A stretch of DNA of 64,000 nucleotides from Candidatus Binataceae bacterium (GTDB lineage: Bacteria; Desulfobacterota; Binatia; Binatales; Binataceae), in the NCBI GenBank assembly GCA_035531855.1, contig DATKSB010000080.1, positions 14,243-78,242 on the forward strand. The letters run 5' to 3'. Under the pieces are notes generated by a model. It saw only the letters and a list, made by a program, of their open reading frames with translations, was not told the DNA's origin and ran no database searches. Positions 1-10,200 of this stretch are shown piece after piece. Both the position numbers and the translations under genes were made by a program. How positions within the stretch are numbered: the stretch's first letter is position 1; the number at the start of each line of letters is the position of its first letter.

Positions 1-1148
1 AGAAATTCGCCGAGCTCGACGCAGTCGCGCGCGAGTTCAACCAGATGGCCGAGCGGCTCGAACGCTTCGAAAAGCTCAACGTCGATCGCCTGGTGTACGA
101 GAAAAGCAAGACCGAGGCGATCATCGAAAGCCTTGAAGACGGTGTGGTGCTGATCGACTCCGAAGGGATGGTCGCGCACATCAACGAAATTGCGGCGCTG
201 ATCATGGGGGTCGAACCCAAGGACGCGCTCGGCAGCCCGTTCGAGGATCTGAGCAGCAATCATCCGCACTACCTCCGCGTGCGCGACGCGCTGCGAAATC
301 TGCGCAAAGCCGACCCGGCCAGCCAGCGAATTGAGGTGCAGCTCCACGTGCGCGGCCGCGACCACACTTACGTTCTCAAACCGATGCCGCTACATCACGA
401 TGAAGGCGCGCCCCTTGGCACGCTGCTGATCCTGCAGGACGTGACTTATCTGCGCGATCAGGATCGCGCGCGCGCAAACCTGATCGCCACGCTGTCGCAT
501 GAATTGCGCACCCCGCTGACCTCGCTCGCGCTCTCGGCCGAGCTGTTGCGCCGCGACGGTGCGGCCCTCGATTCCAAGCAGCGCGATCTGCTCGAAGCGA
601 TTCTCGAAGAATGCGCGCGCATGAAGGCGCTCAGCGATAACCTGCTCAACCTCGCGCGCGGCGAGCTGGCGTCAATCTCGGTGCAGCGCGAGCGGCTCGA
701 TCTGCGGCAGATCATCGAAGAAGTCGTCCACCGTTTCGCGCTTCAAGCCGAAGAAAAGCACGTGCACCTGACCGAGCATCTCGAATCCGTTCCCGAGATA
801 TCGGGCGACGCGGTTAAGCTGTCGTGGGTGGTTTCAAATCTGATTGGCAATGCGCTGCGCTATACGCCCGAGGGCGGCGAGATCGAAGTTGCGGCTTGCT
901 CGATCGATACCAAGGTGCGGCTCGAGGTCTCGGATTCCGGCCCCGGAATTCCGCCGGAGATTCGCGAACACATTTTCGAGCGGTTCGCGCAGTACGGCCG
1001 CGGCGGAATCGAAAAAGGTTCGGCGGGCCTGGGCCTCGCGATTGCAAAAGATATCGTCGCCGCCCACGGTGGACGGATTTTCGTCGATAGCAACGCGAGC
1101 GCGGGCAGCCGCTTCGTGGTCGAGCTGCCGGCCGGAGGAACTCTGTGA
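1..1148 (+). CDS. Sensor histidine kinase, 5'-partial: open upstream of the window; PAS-like region followed by HisKA and HATPase_c
   Basis: The frame is open from base 3 (KFAELDAVAREFNQ precedes the first Met). H-box LSHELRTPLTSL and the C-terminal ATPase motifs (LRYTPEGGEI, DSGPGIP, GSAGLGLAI) are present. The stop overlaps the start of the downstream response regulator (ATGA). Confidence 0.85.
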   Translation, partial: KFAELDAVAREFNQMAERLERFEKLNVDRLVYEKSKTEAIIESLEDGVVLIDSEGMVAHINEIAALIMGVEPKDALGSPFEDLSSNHPHYLRVRDALRNLRKADPASQRIEVQLHVRGRDHTYVLKPMPLHHDEGAPLGTLLILQDVTYLRDQDRARANLIATLSHELRTPLTSLALSAELLRRDGAALDSKQRDLLEAILEECARMKALSDNLLNLARGELASISVQRERLDLRQIIEEVVHRFALQAEEKHVHLTEHLESVPEISGDAVKLSWVVSNLIGNALRYTPEGGEIEVAACSIDTKVRLEVSDSGPGIPPEIREHIFERFAQYGRGGIEKGSAGLGLAIAKDIVAAHGGRIFVDSNASAGSRFVVELPAGGTL

Positions 1149-2494
1149 TGTCTTCCCTGCTGATCGTTGACGACGAAAAAAATATCCGCCGCAGCCTCGC
1201 CTCATTCTTCGAGTCGATCGGCCATTCGGTCGCGTCCGCCGAAAACGGCCGCGAGGCTGCCGCGATGCTCGCGGGCCGCGCCTTTGACCTGGTATTGACT
1301 GATTTTCGGATGGCCGAGATGAATGGCCTCGAGTTGATCGGCGAAGTGCGCCGCCGCCAGCCCGATTGCCTGATCATCCTGATGACCGCGTACGCGACGG
1401 TCGAGAATGCGGTCACCGCGATGAAGGCCGGCGCGTACGACTACGTGACCAAGCCGTTCTCGCTCGAACAGATTCAGCACATCGTCGAGCGCGCGCTCGA
1501 GCTGCGCGGCCTGCAGGCGGAAAATCGCGCGCTGCGCGACACCATCGACGAAGCGCCGCTGCTCGAATCGCACAGCGCCACGATGACGCATCAGCTCGAA
1601 CTCGCGCGCCAGGCCGCCGCCAGCGACGCGACTATCCTGCTGACCGGCGAAAGCGGAACCGGCAAGAACGTGCTCGCCCGCCAGATGCATCGATGGAGCC
1701 GGCGCCGGGAAGGCCCCTTCGTCGTGGTCAACTGCACAACTTTGTCCGACGAGCTGCTCGAAAGCGAACTATTCGGACACATGCGCGGGTCATTCACCGG
1801 AGCGGTGAAGGACAAGCCGGGACGGCTCGAAGCGGCGGACAACGGATCGGTCTTTCTCGACGAGATCGCTGACTTGACGCCCACGTTGCAGACCAAGTTT
1901 CTGCGCTTCGTGCAGGAGCAGAGTTTCGAGCGTGTTGGCGGCGACAAAACGATTCGCGTCAACGCGCGGATCATCGCCGCCTCCAATCGCGATCTTGAAG
2001 CCGAGGTCGCGGGGCGCCGTTTCCGCGAGGATCTTTTCTACCGTCTCAACGTCATCACGATTCGGGTTCCTCCGCTGCGTGAGCGGCGCGAGGACGTGCC
2101 GGCATTGGCGCTGTGGATGCTCAAGGCCGCCGCGATCCGGCATCAGCGGCCCGCGATGCGGCTGACGCCGGAAGCGTCCGCGGCGATCTCGAAGTATCGA
2201 TGGCCCGGCAATGTGCGCGAGTTGCGCAACGCGCTCGAGCGCGCCGCGGTGCTCTCGCGCAGTGACGAGATTACGCGCGAGGATTTACCGGATTCGCTTT
2301 TTCGCGAGGCCGTCGATATTCCTTCCGGCGCAGTGCATTCAGCGGGATCGTATTCGCCGAGCCTCGAAGACCTCGAGCGCGAGCACATTCGCCGCGTGCT
2401 CGCCGAGAGCGCAACTCTGGACGAAGCCGCCGCCGCGCTCGGGATCAACGTCACCACGCTGTGGCGCAAGCGCAAACGTTACGGAATCGAATGA
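1145..2494 (+). CDS. Sigma-54-dependent response regulator (NtrC family): REC, AAA+ sigma-54 activator and Fis-type HTH domains
   Basis: N-terminal REC (LLIVDDE, D...K). Walker A GESGTGK, GSFTGA (GAFTGA-like) motif and ESELFGH. C-terminal HTH (LDEAAAALGINVTTLWRKRKR). Translationally coupled to the upstream kinase. Confidence 0.9.
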   Translation: MMSSLLIVDDEKNIRRSLASFFESIGHSVASAENGREAAAMLAGRAFDLVLTDFRMAEMNGLELIGEVRRRQPDCLIILMTAYATVENAVTAMKAGAYDYVTKPFSLEQIQHIVERALELRGLQAENRALRDTIDEAPLLESHSATMTHQLELARQAAASDATILLTGESGTGKNVLARQMHRWSRRREGPFVVVNCTTLSDELLESELFGHMRGSFTGAVKDKPGRLEAADNGSVFLDEIADLTPTLQTKFLRFVQEQSFERVGGDKTIRVNARIIAASNRDLEAEVAGRRFREDLFYRLNVITIRVPPLRERREDVPALALWMLKAAAIRHQRPAMRLTPEASAAISKYRWPGNVRELRNALERAAVLSRSDEITREDLPDSLFREAVDIPSGAVHSAGSYSPSLEDLEREHIRRVLAESATLDEAAAALGINVTTLWRKRKRYGIE

Positions 2495-2512
2495 TCGAGC
2501 ACGCGCCGCGCG

Positions 2513-2942
2513 CTAGCGGATGTAGTAGCCCGAGACGCGCCAGTGCCCGTCCCTCTCCAGCCTCGGAGTGACGATCTCTTTCGCCGCACGATGTCCGGCG
2601 AAATCCGTGGCATAAACCACAACCACGTATTTTCCCGTCGGCGCGCCCGGCAGCGACCTGGCGTAGGTGGCGGACTCGAACTTGCGCGAGGTCACGGCAC
2701 CGAGCTGCGCGCGCGTCTCGTCCATCTTTTTTTTCGAATTGATCCGCGGTCGCCGCCGCTTTGACCGGCGCAGCGGCCTGCCGCCAGGCTTGCGCGTATT
2801 GACCAGCGTCGATTTCATGCAGCCATCCTAGCGCGACGGTTCGCGCCGCGGCCTCGTCCGCCTTTTCGTCGGCTCTGACCAAGGCCGCCACCGCAATGAT
2901 CAGAATCGCCGCGATCACTCCGATTCGAATTGCGCGCTTCAT
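2513..2942 (-). CDS. Secreted DUF4019-like protein, disrupted by a frameshift in an A8/T8 homopolymer (2722-2729)
   Basis: Two minus-strand ORF fragments share one locus. An N-terminal signal peptide (MKRAIRIGVIAAILIIAVAALVRADE...QFEKK) and a C-terminal part (KKMDETRAQLGAVTSRKFESATYARSLPGAPTGKYVVVVYATDF...DGHWRVSGYYIR) join seamlessly if the A8 run is read as A7. The domain assignment is from memory of the family and needs a search. Confidence 0.45.
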
Positions 2943-3009
2943 CCGTAGCAGTCCTCCCGTCGCCGGGTTTCTTAGCAGGCGTGCGCGCACCGCGACAAGT
3001 CGCTGCTCA

Positions 3010-4239
3010 TCAATCGATCGCGAGGCTCGCGAACGAAACGCACGACTCGGTCTGCGGTTCCATCGCGATCCCATACTTAAGCAACCGCGCGGTGCATCCG
3101 CGCAAAAGTTCGAGCTGGGTGTACATCGGCGCTAGCCCGCAGATTTTCCGCGCGTCGCGGTCCGCCGCGATCGCGGCAAAAAACCCAGCCGGATCGCCGC
3201 GCTTGAGATTTTCGATCAGCGCAAGGTCTTCGCGTTCAACCTGCTTGGCCACCGTTTCATCGGCCGCAAACGCGTCGCCGAATTTCCTGCCGACATGCGC
3301 GAAATCCACGCCCGCAAGCACCAGCACGCTGCGCTTTTCAGCCGCGATCATTGCGCCCAGCGCTTCGATAAACGAACCCACGCGCGGATCCTCCGCGGGC
3401 ATCCGCCCGGACCGGATCATTTCATGGAACGAGCTTACGAGGATCGGAACCACCTGGTAGCCGCGCACCCCCATCGCATAGGCCAGGAACAGCGCCTGAA
3501 ATTCGATCGAATGCTCACCGCGATGCAAAAATTCGTCGGCAAACAAATCGCCGCCCGAGTAGCCGCCCGCAAGCTGATCCACGAACTCGCGGTCGGTCTC
3601 AACCGTTCCAAGCGGTGTCAGATAATTCTTGCGCGTCGCGCTGAACAGTGAAGGCCCCGCGCCGTAATGCGAAGTGCCAAGGATGATCACCAGCTCGGGC
3701 GGTTCGTGCGCCATCAGCTCGGCGTATGCGTGCGCATAGGCGGCCGCTCCGCGGCGCGGATCGATATGCGGGGCGATCAGGCCGCGCAGCCTTGCGCCGC
3801 TTTTGCGCGCGGGCTTGCGGCCGGGTCCGTCGGGAGGATCGAAGAACCCCGCGAGTTCCATCCGCAGTTGCGCGGGCTCCGGGGAGTAGCACAATCCAGC
3901 GAGGGCGGCAGGGCGGTCGGCCTGCGCGCGAAATTCCTCGCGCACGCGGCGTTCATGCTCCTGAAACGCGGGCGAATCCAGAAAACGCGCCTGATCGAGC
4001 GTGCCGACCAGCTCGCTTATCTTTTCGAGTTCCAAAGTCTCGCCGAAGCGCTTGGTGAACGCGGCCTGCACCTCGTGCAGATCGTTGCGCCCGTCAAACA
4101 GCGAGACGATGAAATATGCGCCCATCCCGAGCACGATCGACTCGGGCGCGAGGCCCGTCGGATCGCGCAGGCATATATAGGTTTGTCCGTCCTGATCGAC
4201 CGGAAAGGCTTCGACTCCGCGAATTATCGGTTTTTCCAT
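3010..4239 (-). CDS. Memo-like protein (AmmeMemoRadiSam system protein B / MEMO1 family) with an extra ~125-aa N-terminal domain
   Basis: Start MEKPIIRGVEAF. The Memo domain begins near ALAGLCYSPEPAQLRMEL (AG-FYP-like motif), with GLIAPHIDPRRG and ILGTSHY motifs. No AMMECR1 or radical-SAM partner is adjacent. Confidence 0.7.
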   Translation of the reverse strand: MEKPIIRGVEAFPVDQDGQTYICLRDPTGLAPESIVLGMGAYFIVSLFDGRNDLHEVQAAFTKRFGETLELEKISELVGTLDQARFLDSPAFQEHERRVREEFRAQADRPAALAGLCYSPEPAQLRMELAGFFDPPDGPGRKPARKSGARLRGLIAPHIDPRRGAAAYAHAYAELMAHEPPELVIILGTSHYGAGPSLFSATRKNYLTPLGTVETDREFVDQLAGGYSGGDLFADEFLHRGEHSIEFQALFLAYAMGVRGYQVVPILVSSFHEMIRSGRMPAEDPRVGSFIEALGAMIAAEKRSVLVLAGVDFAHVGRKFGDAFAADETVAKQVEREDLALIENLKRGDPAGFFAAIAADRDARKICGLAPMYTQLELLRGCTARLLKYGIAMEPQTESCVSFASLAID

Positions 4240-4402
4240 TCGAAAGATTTCTCGAAAAATTCTTCGGCCGCGCACGCTAACCGCAGGCCCAACCCGCATC
4301 CAGTGCCGCAAGCGCGTGAAAGATGCTATGGCCTTTGTCACACCCCGGCAAGCGCGGTTTACCCGTGCCGCGCGATACGTGAGAATTTAGTGCGGTAGAA
4401 GT

Positions 4403-5170
4403 ATGAAAATCGTTCGTTACATTTCTAATGGCAAAGTCAGTTTCGGCGCGCTCGATGGCCCATCGATCACCCCGCTTGCGGGCCCGCTCGACGCGCTTAA
4501 ACCAGTCGCCGGCGCGCAGCCGCTTGCGGCGGCGGCGGTTGCGATGCTCGCGCCGATCGCGCCGGGCAAAATCGTCGCGGTTGGCGTCAACTATCGCGAC
4601 CACGCGCAGGAGATGGGCCGCCAACTTCCGGAAGAGCCGCTGTTGTTCATCAAACCCTCGACCTGCGTGATCGGCCCGGGCGACGAGATCATCTACCCGC
4701 CGCAATCCAAGCTGATGCATTACGAGGGCGAGCTCGCGATCGTGATTTCCCGCACGGCGACCAAAATCGCGGCGGCGAACGCACGCGCCTACGTGCTCGG
4801 ATACACCTGCATGAATGACGTGACCGCCCGCGACCTGCAGCGCAAGGACGTGCAGTTCACCCGCGGCAAGGGTTTCGACACGTTCGCCCCGCTGGGCCCG
4901 ATCATCGAAACCGGCATCGCCAACCCCGACGATCTTGCGCTGACCACGCGCCTGGGCGGCGAGGTCCGGCAGCATAGCCGCACCTCGAATCTGATTTTCA
5001 AGTGCGATTTTTTGGTCAGCTACATTTCCCATATCATGACGCTGCTGCCGGGCGACGTGATCTCGACCGGCACGCCGTCGGGCGTGGGCGAGATGAAGCC
5101 GGGCGACACGGTTGAAGTCGAAATCGAGAGGATCGGATGTCTTCGGAGCATCGTCGCCGCGCCTCGCTGA
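4403..5170 (+). CDS. Fumarylacetoacetate hydrolase (FAH) family protein
   Basis: 255 aa with FAH-fold motifs (HYEGELAIVI, GPIIETG, PGDVISTGTPSGVG). Confidence 0.8.
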   Translation: MKIVRYISNGKVSFGALDGPSITPLAGPLDALKPVAGAQPLAAAAVAMLAPIAPGKIVAVGVNYRDHAQEMGRQLPEEPLLFIKPSTCVIGPGDEIIYPPQSKLMHYEGELAIVISRTATKIAAANARAYVLGYTCMNDVTARDLQRKDVQFTRGKGFDTFAPLGPIIETGIANPDDLALTTRLGGEVRQHSRTSNLIFKCDFLVSYISHIMTLLPGDVISTGTPSGVGEMKPGDTVEVEIERIGCLRSIVAAPR

Positions 5171-5568
5171 CGCGCAGCCGCGCGCGCGCCACGCCCGCGC
5201 CGACGCATCGACGCTACCGGGTGGGGCCCGCGCAGGATTTGGCGCCGGGAGAATCGCAGAAATTCATGCTGCCGATTCGCGGAGCCGACGAAGAATGCTT
5301 CGTGATCAATTTCTCGGGTGAGTTCCGTGCCTACGTCAACCGATGCCGTCACGTGCCGATGGCGATGGATTGGGTCGATAACCAGTTTTTTGCCGAAGAA
5401 GGGCGCTACCTGATGTGCCAGACGCACAACGCCTACTACGAACCCGGATCGGGCGAGTGTATTGCCGGTCCAGAATCCGCGTGCGGAAAATTTCTCTATC
5501 GAGTGCCGATCGAAATCGAAGACGGAATGATTTATGCGCGCGCCCCCGAGCAGGAATTCGACGACTGA
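5137..5568 (+). CDS. Rieske [2Fe-2S] domain protein
   Basis: CRHVPMAM ... CQTHNAYY, the CxH...CxxH Rieske ligand boxes. Overlaps the upstream FAH gene by 34 nt; the true start is uncertain (long Arg-rich N-terminus). Confidence 0.6.
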   Translation: MSSEHRRRASLTRSRARATPAPTHRRYRVGPAQDLAPGESQKFMLPIRGADEECFVINFSGEFRAYVNRCRHVPMAMDWVDNQFFAEEGRYLMCQTHNAYYEPGSGECIAGPESACGKFLYRVPIEIEDGMIYARAPEQEFDD

Positions 5569-5580
5569 GGGAACCGGCGC

Positions 5581-5832
5581 TTATTCGTACTCGTCGCCGA
5601 AATGGGCGCGCACGATACGCGCCTTTAAGTATTCAAGCGTGCCGAGGTCTTCGACGATATCCCCGCCGGTGTCATAAAAGAACAGTTCCCCGTTCTTCGT
5701 GCGTCCCACGGCGATTATCCACTCCAGATCATCGCGATCTTCGAGCAAATAATTGATGGTTTGAGCCACGCCCCGCCCGGGGATGATGGTGATCTTTGGG
5801 CGGGCGATCTTTTCCTTTTCCTGCTTGGGCAT
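5581..5832 (-). CDS. Hypothetical small protein (83 aa)
   Basis: Clean ORF in an intergenic slot; no family recognised. Confidence 0.35.
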   Translation of the reverse strand: MPKQEKEKIARPKITIIPGRGVAQTINYLLEDRDDLEWIIAVGRTKNGELFFYDTGGDIVEDLGTLEYLKARIVRAHFGDEYE

Positions 5833-5898
5833 CGTTCTGAATAACCCTCTGGCGGGAAGGTACGAACCGACTCACCTACATTAAGGATGCCCCATGAT

Positions 5899-7152
5899 TT
5901 AAGTCAATACCGCGTTCGCCGCGATCTCGGCGTGATGGGTGTTGGGAAAAAAATCGAATGCGCGCACGCGCGATAACTTGTACCCACGCGCCGCGAGCGC
6001 GCGCAGATCCCGCGCCAGAGTCGCCGCGTCGCAAGATACATACACCACCCGCGCGGGCCCCAGCTTCGCAATCGGCTCAATCAACGCCGTCGCGCCGGTG
6101 CGCGGCGGATCCAGAATCACGACGTCGGGCCGAAATCGCGCAAGCCGCAGGAACGCCGCCAGTTCATGCGCCTGCATCGCGGCGAATTGTGCCTCGCCGA
6201 GCCCCATCCGCTCGGCGTTGCGCGCAGCAGCCGCTGCCGCCGGCGGATCCGAGTCCACCCCGGTAACGTTCGCGCCTCGCCGCGCGGCGGGGATACTGAA
6301 ATTTCCGGCGCCGCAAAACAGATCGAGCAGCTTCGCGCCCGGCGCCGGCGCCGCCATCGCCATCACCTCCGCGACCAGCCGCAGGTTTTGCGCGCGATTC
6401 ACCTGGCTGAACAAGTCCGCGCCCGCGCGCAGCATGACGCCAGGTTCGATCTCCGATTCGATCTCGACGTCGCCCAGGATCGCGCGAGACCCACCAGCAC
6501 GCAGCACTATTCCCCCGATACGCGAATCGGCTTCAAGCGTGTGGCGCGCCCGTTCGATCTGCTCCGTGCCGGCCGGCTTCTTCAGATATCCAACCAGCAC
6601 CGTGCGATCGCCGCCGGCCGCAACCGCCTCGATTTCGCTCAGATCGCGCGCGAGCACCCGCGCCAATACCGAGGGCATCGCGATGCCGTCCTCCGCGACC
6701 AGGCATTGCTCGATCGCGACCAGATCATTGCTGCCCAGCTCATGGAACCCGAGCGCGCCGCCGCGGCCGACCTTGAGCCGGATCCGTGCGCGATATCCGA
6801 ACTCGGCGGGAGCAGGCTCGACCAAACTCGAAGGATCGATCTCGACGCCGAGCGCGCGGCCGAGTTCCCGCGCGATCAGCTCAGACTTCAGCCTGACCTG
6901 CGTCGGATATTCGATCTGCTGCCAATCGCATCCTCCGCAACGCGGCAGATACGGGCATGGAGTGGCCCGGCGCTGGGGACCGCCGGCGACGACCCGCTCG
7001 ATCACGCCAACGCTGTAGTCGCGCCGCTCAGATCGAATTGCGACCTCGAGCCGATCTCCCGGCGCGGCATTCGGCACCATCACCGTCTTGCCGTCGCGGT
7101 GCCCCACGCCGTATGGCCCAAGCGTCATTGTGGTGATTTCGATTTCTGCCAT
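5899..7152 (-). CDS. rlmD: 23S rRNA (uracil-C5)-methyltransferase, RlmD/RumA family (TRAM + Fe-S + class I SAM methyltransferase)
   Basis: Start MAEIEITTM (TRAM). Cys cluster CPYLPRCGGCDWQ. Methyltransferase motif I LDLFCGAGNFS, motif IV VILDPPRTG, and the catalytic YVSC region. Confidence 0.8.
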   Translation of the reverse strand: MAEIEITTMTLGPYGVGHRDGKTVMVPNAAPGDRLEVAIRSERRDYSVGVIERVVAGGPQRRATPCPYLPRCGGCDWQQIEYPTQVRLKSELIARELGRALGVEIDPSSLVEPAPAEFGYRARIRLKVGRGGALGFHELGSNDLVAIEQCLVAEDGIAMPSVLARVLARDLSEIEAVAAGGDRTVLVGYLKKPAGTEQIERARHTLEADSRIGGIVLRAGGSRAILGDVEIESEIEPGVMLRAGADLFSQVNRAQNLRLVAEVMAMAAPAPGAKLLDLFCGAGNFSIPAARRGANVTGVDSDPPAAAAAARNAERMGLGEAQFAAMQAHELAAFLRLARFRPDVVILDPPRTGATALIEPIAKLGPARVVYVSCDAATLARDLRALAARGYKLSRVRAFDFFPNTHHAEIAANAVLT

Positions 7153-7270
7153 CGCCAAGAGTCTCTGCGGCCGGGCCGGATATTGCGCTATGAGTGCCGG
7201 GCCGGGAAACAATATAATAATCGATCGAGCGGATTCAGTCGCCGCGCAGAGTTTATGGTCGTAATGAAAG

Positions 7271-10200
7271 GTGATCGTCTTGGCGAGAGCAGGTGCCCTG
7301 TCCGAAATTATCGCGCGTAACTTTACCGGTGACGAGGCGCCGCGCCTCAAGCTATTCGCTGAGCGACTGTTCGCGCGTGAGCCGCACGACCGTCTCGATC
7401 ATTCCGCGCCAGACCACTACCTGGCGGCGCTGAAGTCGGCCTACGCGTTCTTCCTCACGCGCACGGAACCGATCGCGGTATCGGTTACCCCCGCGCCTGA
7501 TTCCGCCGGCGTTACGGTGGTTGAAACCGCGATGCAGGATCGCCCGTTCATCGTCGATAGCCTGCTCGCCTACTTTCATCATCTCGGCGCTCCCGTGCTC
7601 GCGATGCTGCATCCGGTTTACAAGCTCACGCGCGACGCCGGGGGAACCATCGTCTCGTTCGAGCAGACCTCAGCGGTCGAACAGGGCGAATCGCTGACCT
7701 ACACCGAGCTGGAACTTGCGGCGTCCGCCGCGGACGCCGAGCGGATCGCGCGCGAGGTGCGCGCTGTGCTGCTCGAGGTGCGGCAGGCGACCGACGACTT
7801 CGAACCGATGGTAGCGCGCGCGCTGCAGATTTGCGAAGAGACCGCCGCAAACCGCGAGATCGTGGACGTGCGCGATTTTCTGCGCTGGCTGGTGCAGGGT
7901 GGCTTTGTTTTTCTCGGCTACCGCCATTACGACATTTCCGGTGACGGCCACGCCGCCAAGTTTTCGGTCCAGTCCGGCAGCGAACTCGGCATCATGCACG
8001 ACCACGATGAATCGCGTTTCCGCAGCGCGGGTTCGCTTGATGAGATCGCGCCGGCACGGCGCAAACTGTTTTTCGATGGCGCTGCGCTGGTGATAGGAAA
8101 AACCCTCGCCGAGTCCCTGGTGCATCGCCGCGCCCCGATGGACAGCGTGACGATTCGCCGCACGGGCGCCGCGCGCCGCGTTACGGGCTTCGATCACTTC
8201 GTGGGTTTGTTCACTTCCAAAGCATATGCCGAAGAGGCGCAGCACATTCCGACCCTGCGCGCCAAGCTGCAGGCGGTGCTCGAGGCGGAAGGCGCGGTCG
8301 CGGGCTCGCACGATTACAAGGAGCTGGTGAGCGCGTTCAACAGCTTTCCCAAGGATGAACTATTTCGTGCTCCGGTTTCCGAGCTAAGTGCTCAACTGCG
8401 CCTGATCCTTGACGTGAAGAACGAAGCCACCGTGCGCCTGTGCGTGCTCAGCGATCCATACCGCGGCAATGTGATCGCGATGGTGGTGATGCCGCGCGAG
8501 GCATTCTCGGCGCGCGTGCGCCTGAACATCCAGGACGCTCTGGCGGCGGGATTTGGGGGCACGCTCATCTACTACTACCTCGCGATGGGCGAGGGTTACA
8601 CAGCGCGGCTGCATTTCTGCTTCGCGGCAGAGCCGCCCAAGGCGCAAAAGATCAGGGAGCTCGAAATCGAGATCGCCCGCCTGGCGCATCGATGGGAAGA
8701 GCGGCTGACTGAACGGCTGGTAGGAAAATTGGGCGCTTCGCGCGGGCGGGCGCTCGGTGCGCGATGGACCGGCGCGTTCACTGACGAGTACCGCGCCGCG
8801 GTCCCCGCGAAACGCGCGCTCGTTGATATCGAGCGCATCGAAGAGCTGCTTCAAACCGGCGCGACGTTTCACGTGGAACTTGGCCATAACCCAGTGGCGG
8901 ACGAAACCGCGGACGAACTGCGGATGCTGGGGGTCGGAGAACCGCCGATGCTCTCGGATCTAATGCCGATGCTGCAGAACTTCGGCATCAAGGTGCTTGC
9001 CGAGGAGTTTCACACTTTCAAACCCACGATCGGCGGGCAAGTCGCGGGCGCATACGTGCAAGCGTTCTCGGCCGAGGGTCCTGACGGCCAGCCGCTGCTG
9101 AAATCCGCAGGCGCGCAAACGGTTGCCGACGCGATCGCGGCGGTGCGCGCCGGTCTCGCGGAAGACGATCCGCTAAACGGGCTCGTGGTTTCGGCGGGAC
9201 TCAAATGGCGCGACGCCGCATTGCTGCGCGCGTATCTGGAAGCCGCATTTCAGATGCGGCTGGCACCGGCGCGGCCCGCATTGCGCCGCCTGTTGCTTAA
9301 CTATCCGGCGCTTCCTCGCGCGATGTTCGATCTGTTCGCCGCGCGCCTTGATCCCGATCGCGAGGACGACCCCGCGAAGATCGCCGAACTGCGCGCCGCA
9401 TACCTGGGTCAACTTGGATCGATCGAAAATATCGCCGACGACCGCGCCGCACGCATGCTGCTTGCGATGCTCGAGGCGACGGTGCGCACGAACTTCTTCT
9501 GTCCCATGCCCGCGCCCGATCCATATATCGCACTCAAATTCGAAAGCGGAAAAATCGCCGGCCTGCACGACACTCCGCCGCTGTACGAGATTCACGTCAA
9601 CAGCCCTCGGATGGAGGGATGTCATCTGCGCGCAGGCAAGGTCGCACGCGGCGGAATCCGCTTCAGCGATCGCCCCGACGATTTCCGCACCGAAATTCTC
9701 GGCTTGATGAAAACCCAGACGATCAAGAACGCGATTATCGTACCGATCGGCTCGAAGGGCGGATTCGTGGTCAAATGCGCCCCGGAAAATTCCGCGCCAG
9801 GGGTCGAGGCGTACGAGACGCTGATGCGCGCAATGCTCGACCTGACCGACAATCGCACCGAGCACGGCGTCGCGCATCCGCCGCGGGTCAAGGTGCTCGA
9901 TACCGACGGCTCCTATCTGGTGGTCGCGGCCGACAAGGGCACCGCGGCGTTCTCGGATATCGCAAACACCATCGCACTCGAGCGCGGCTTCTGGCTGGGC
10001 GACGCGTTCGCTTCCGGCGGCGAGCACGGCTTCGATCACAAGGCGATGGGAATCACCGCGCGCGGCGCGTGGGAATCCGCGCGGCGGCATCTGCGCGAGA
10101 TCGGCCGCGACCCCGACCGCGGCCAGCCGATCACGATGATCGGAATCGGCGATATGTCGGGCGACGTGTTCGGCAACGGGCTCCTGCGGTCCCGAAATAT

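Noticed and set aside
5939-7018. 359-aa plus-strand ORF
   Set aside because: Antisense to the rlmD methyltransferase gene.
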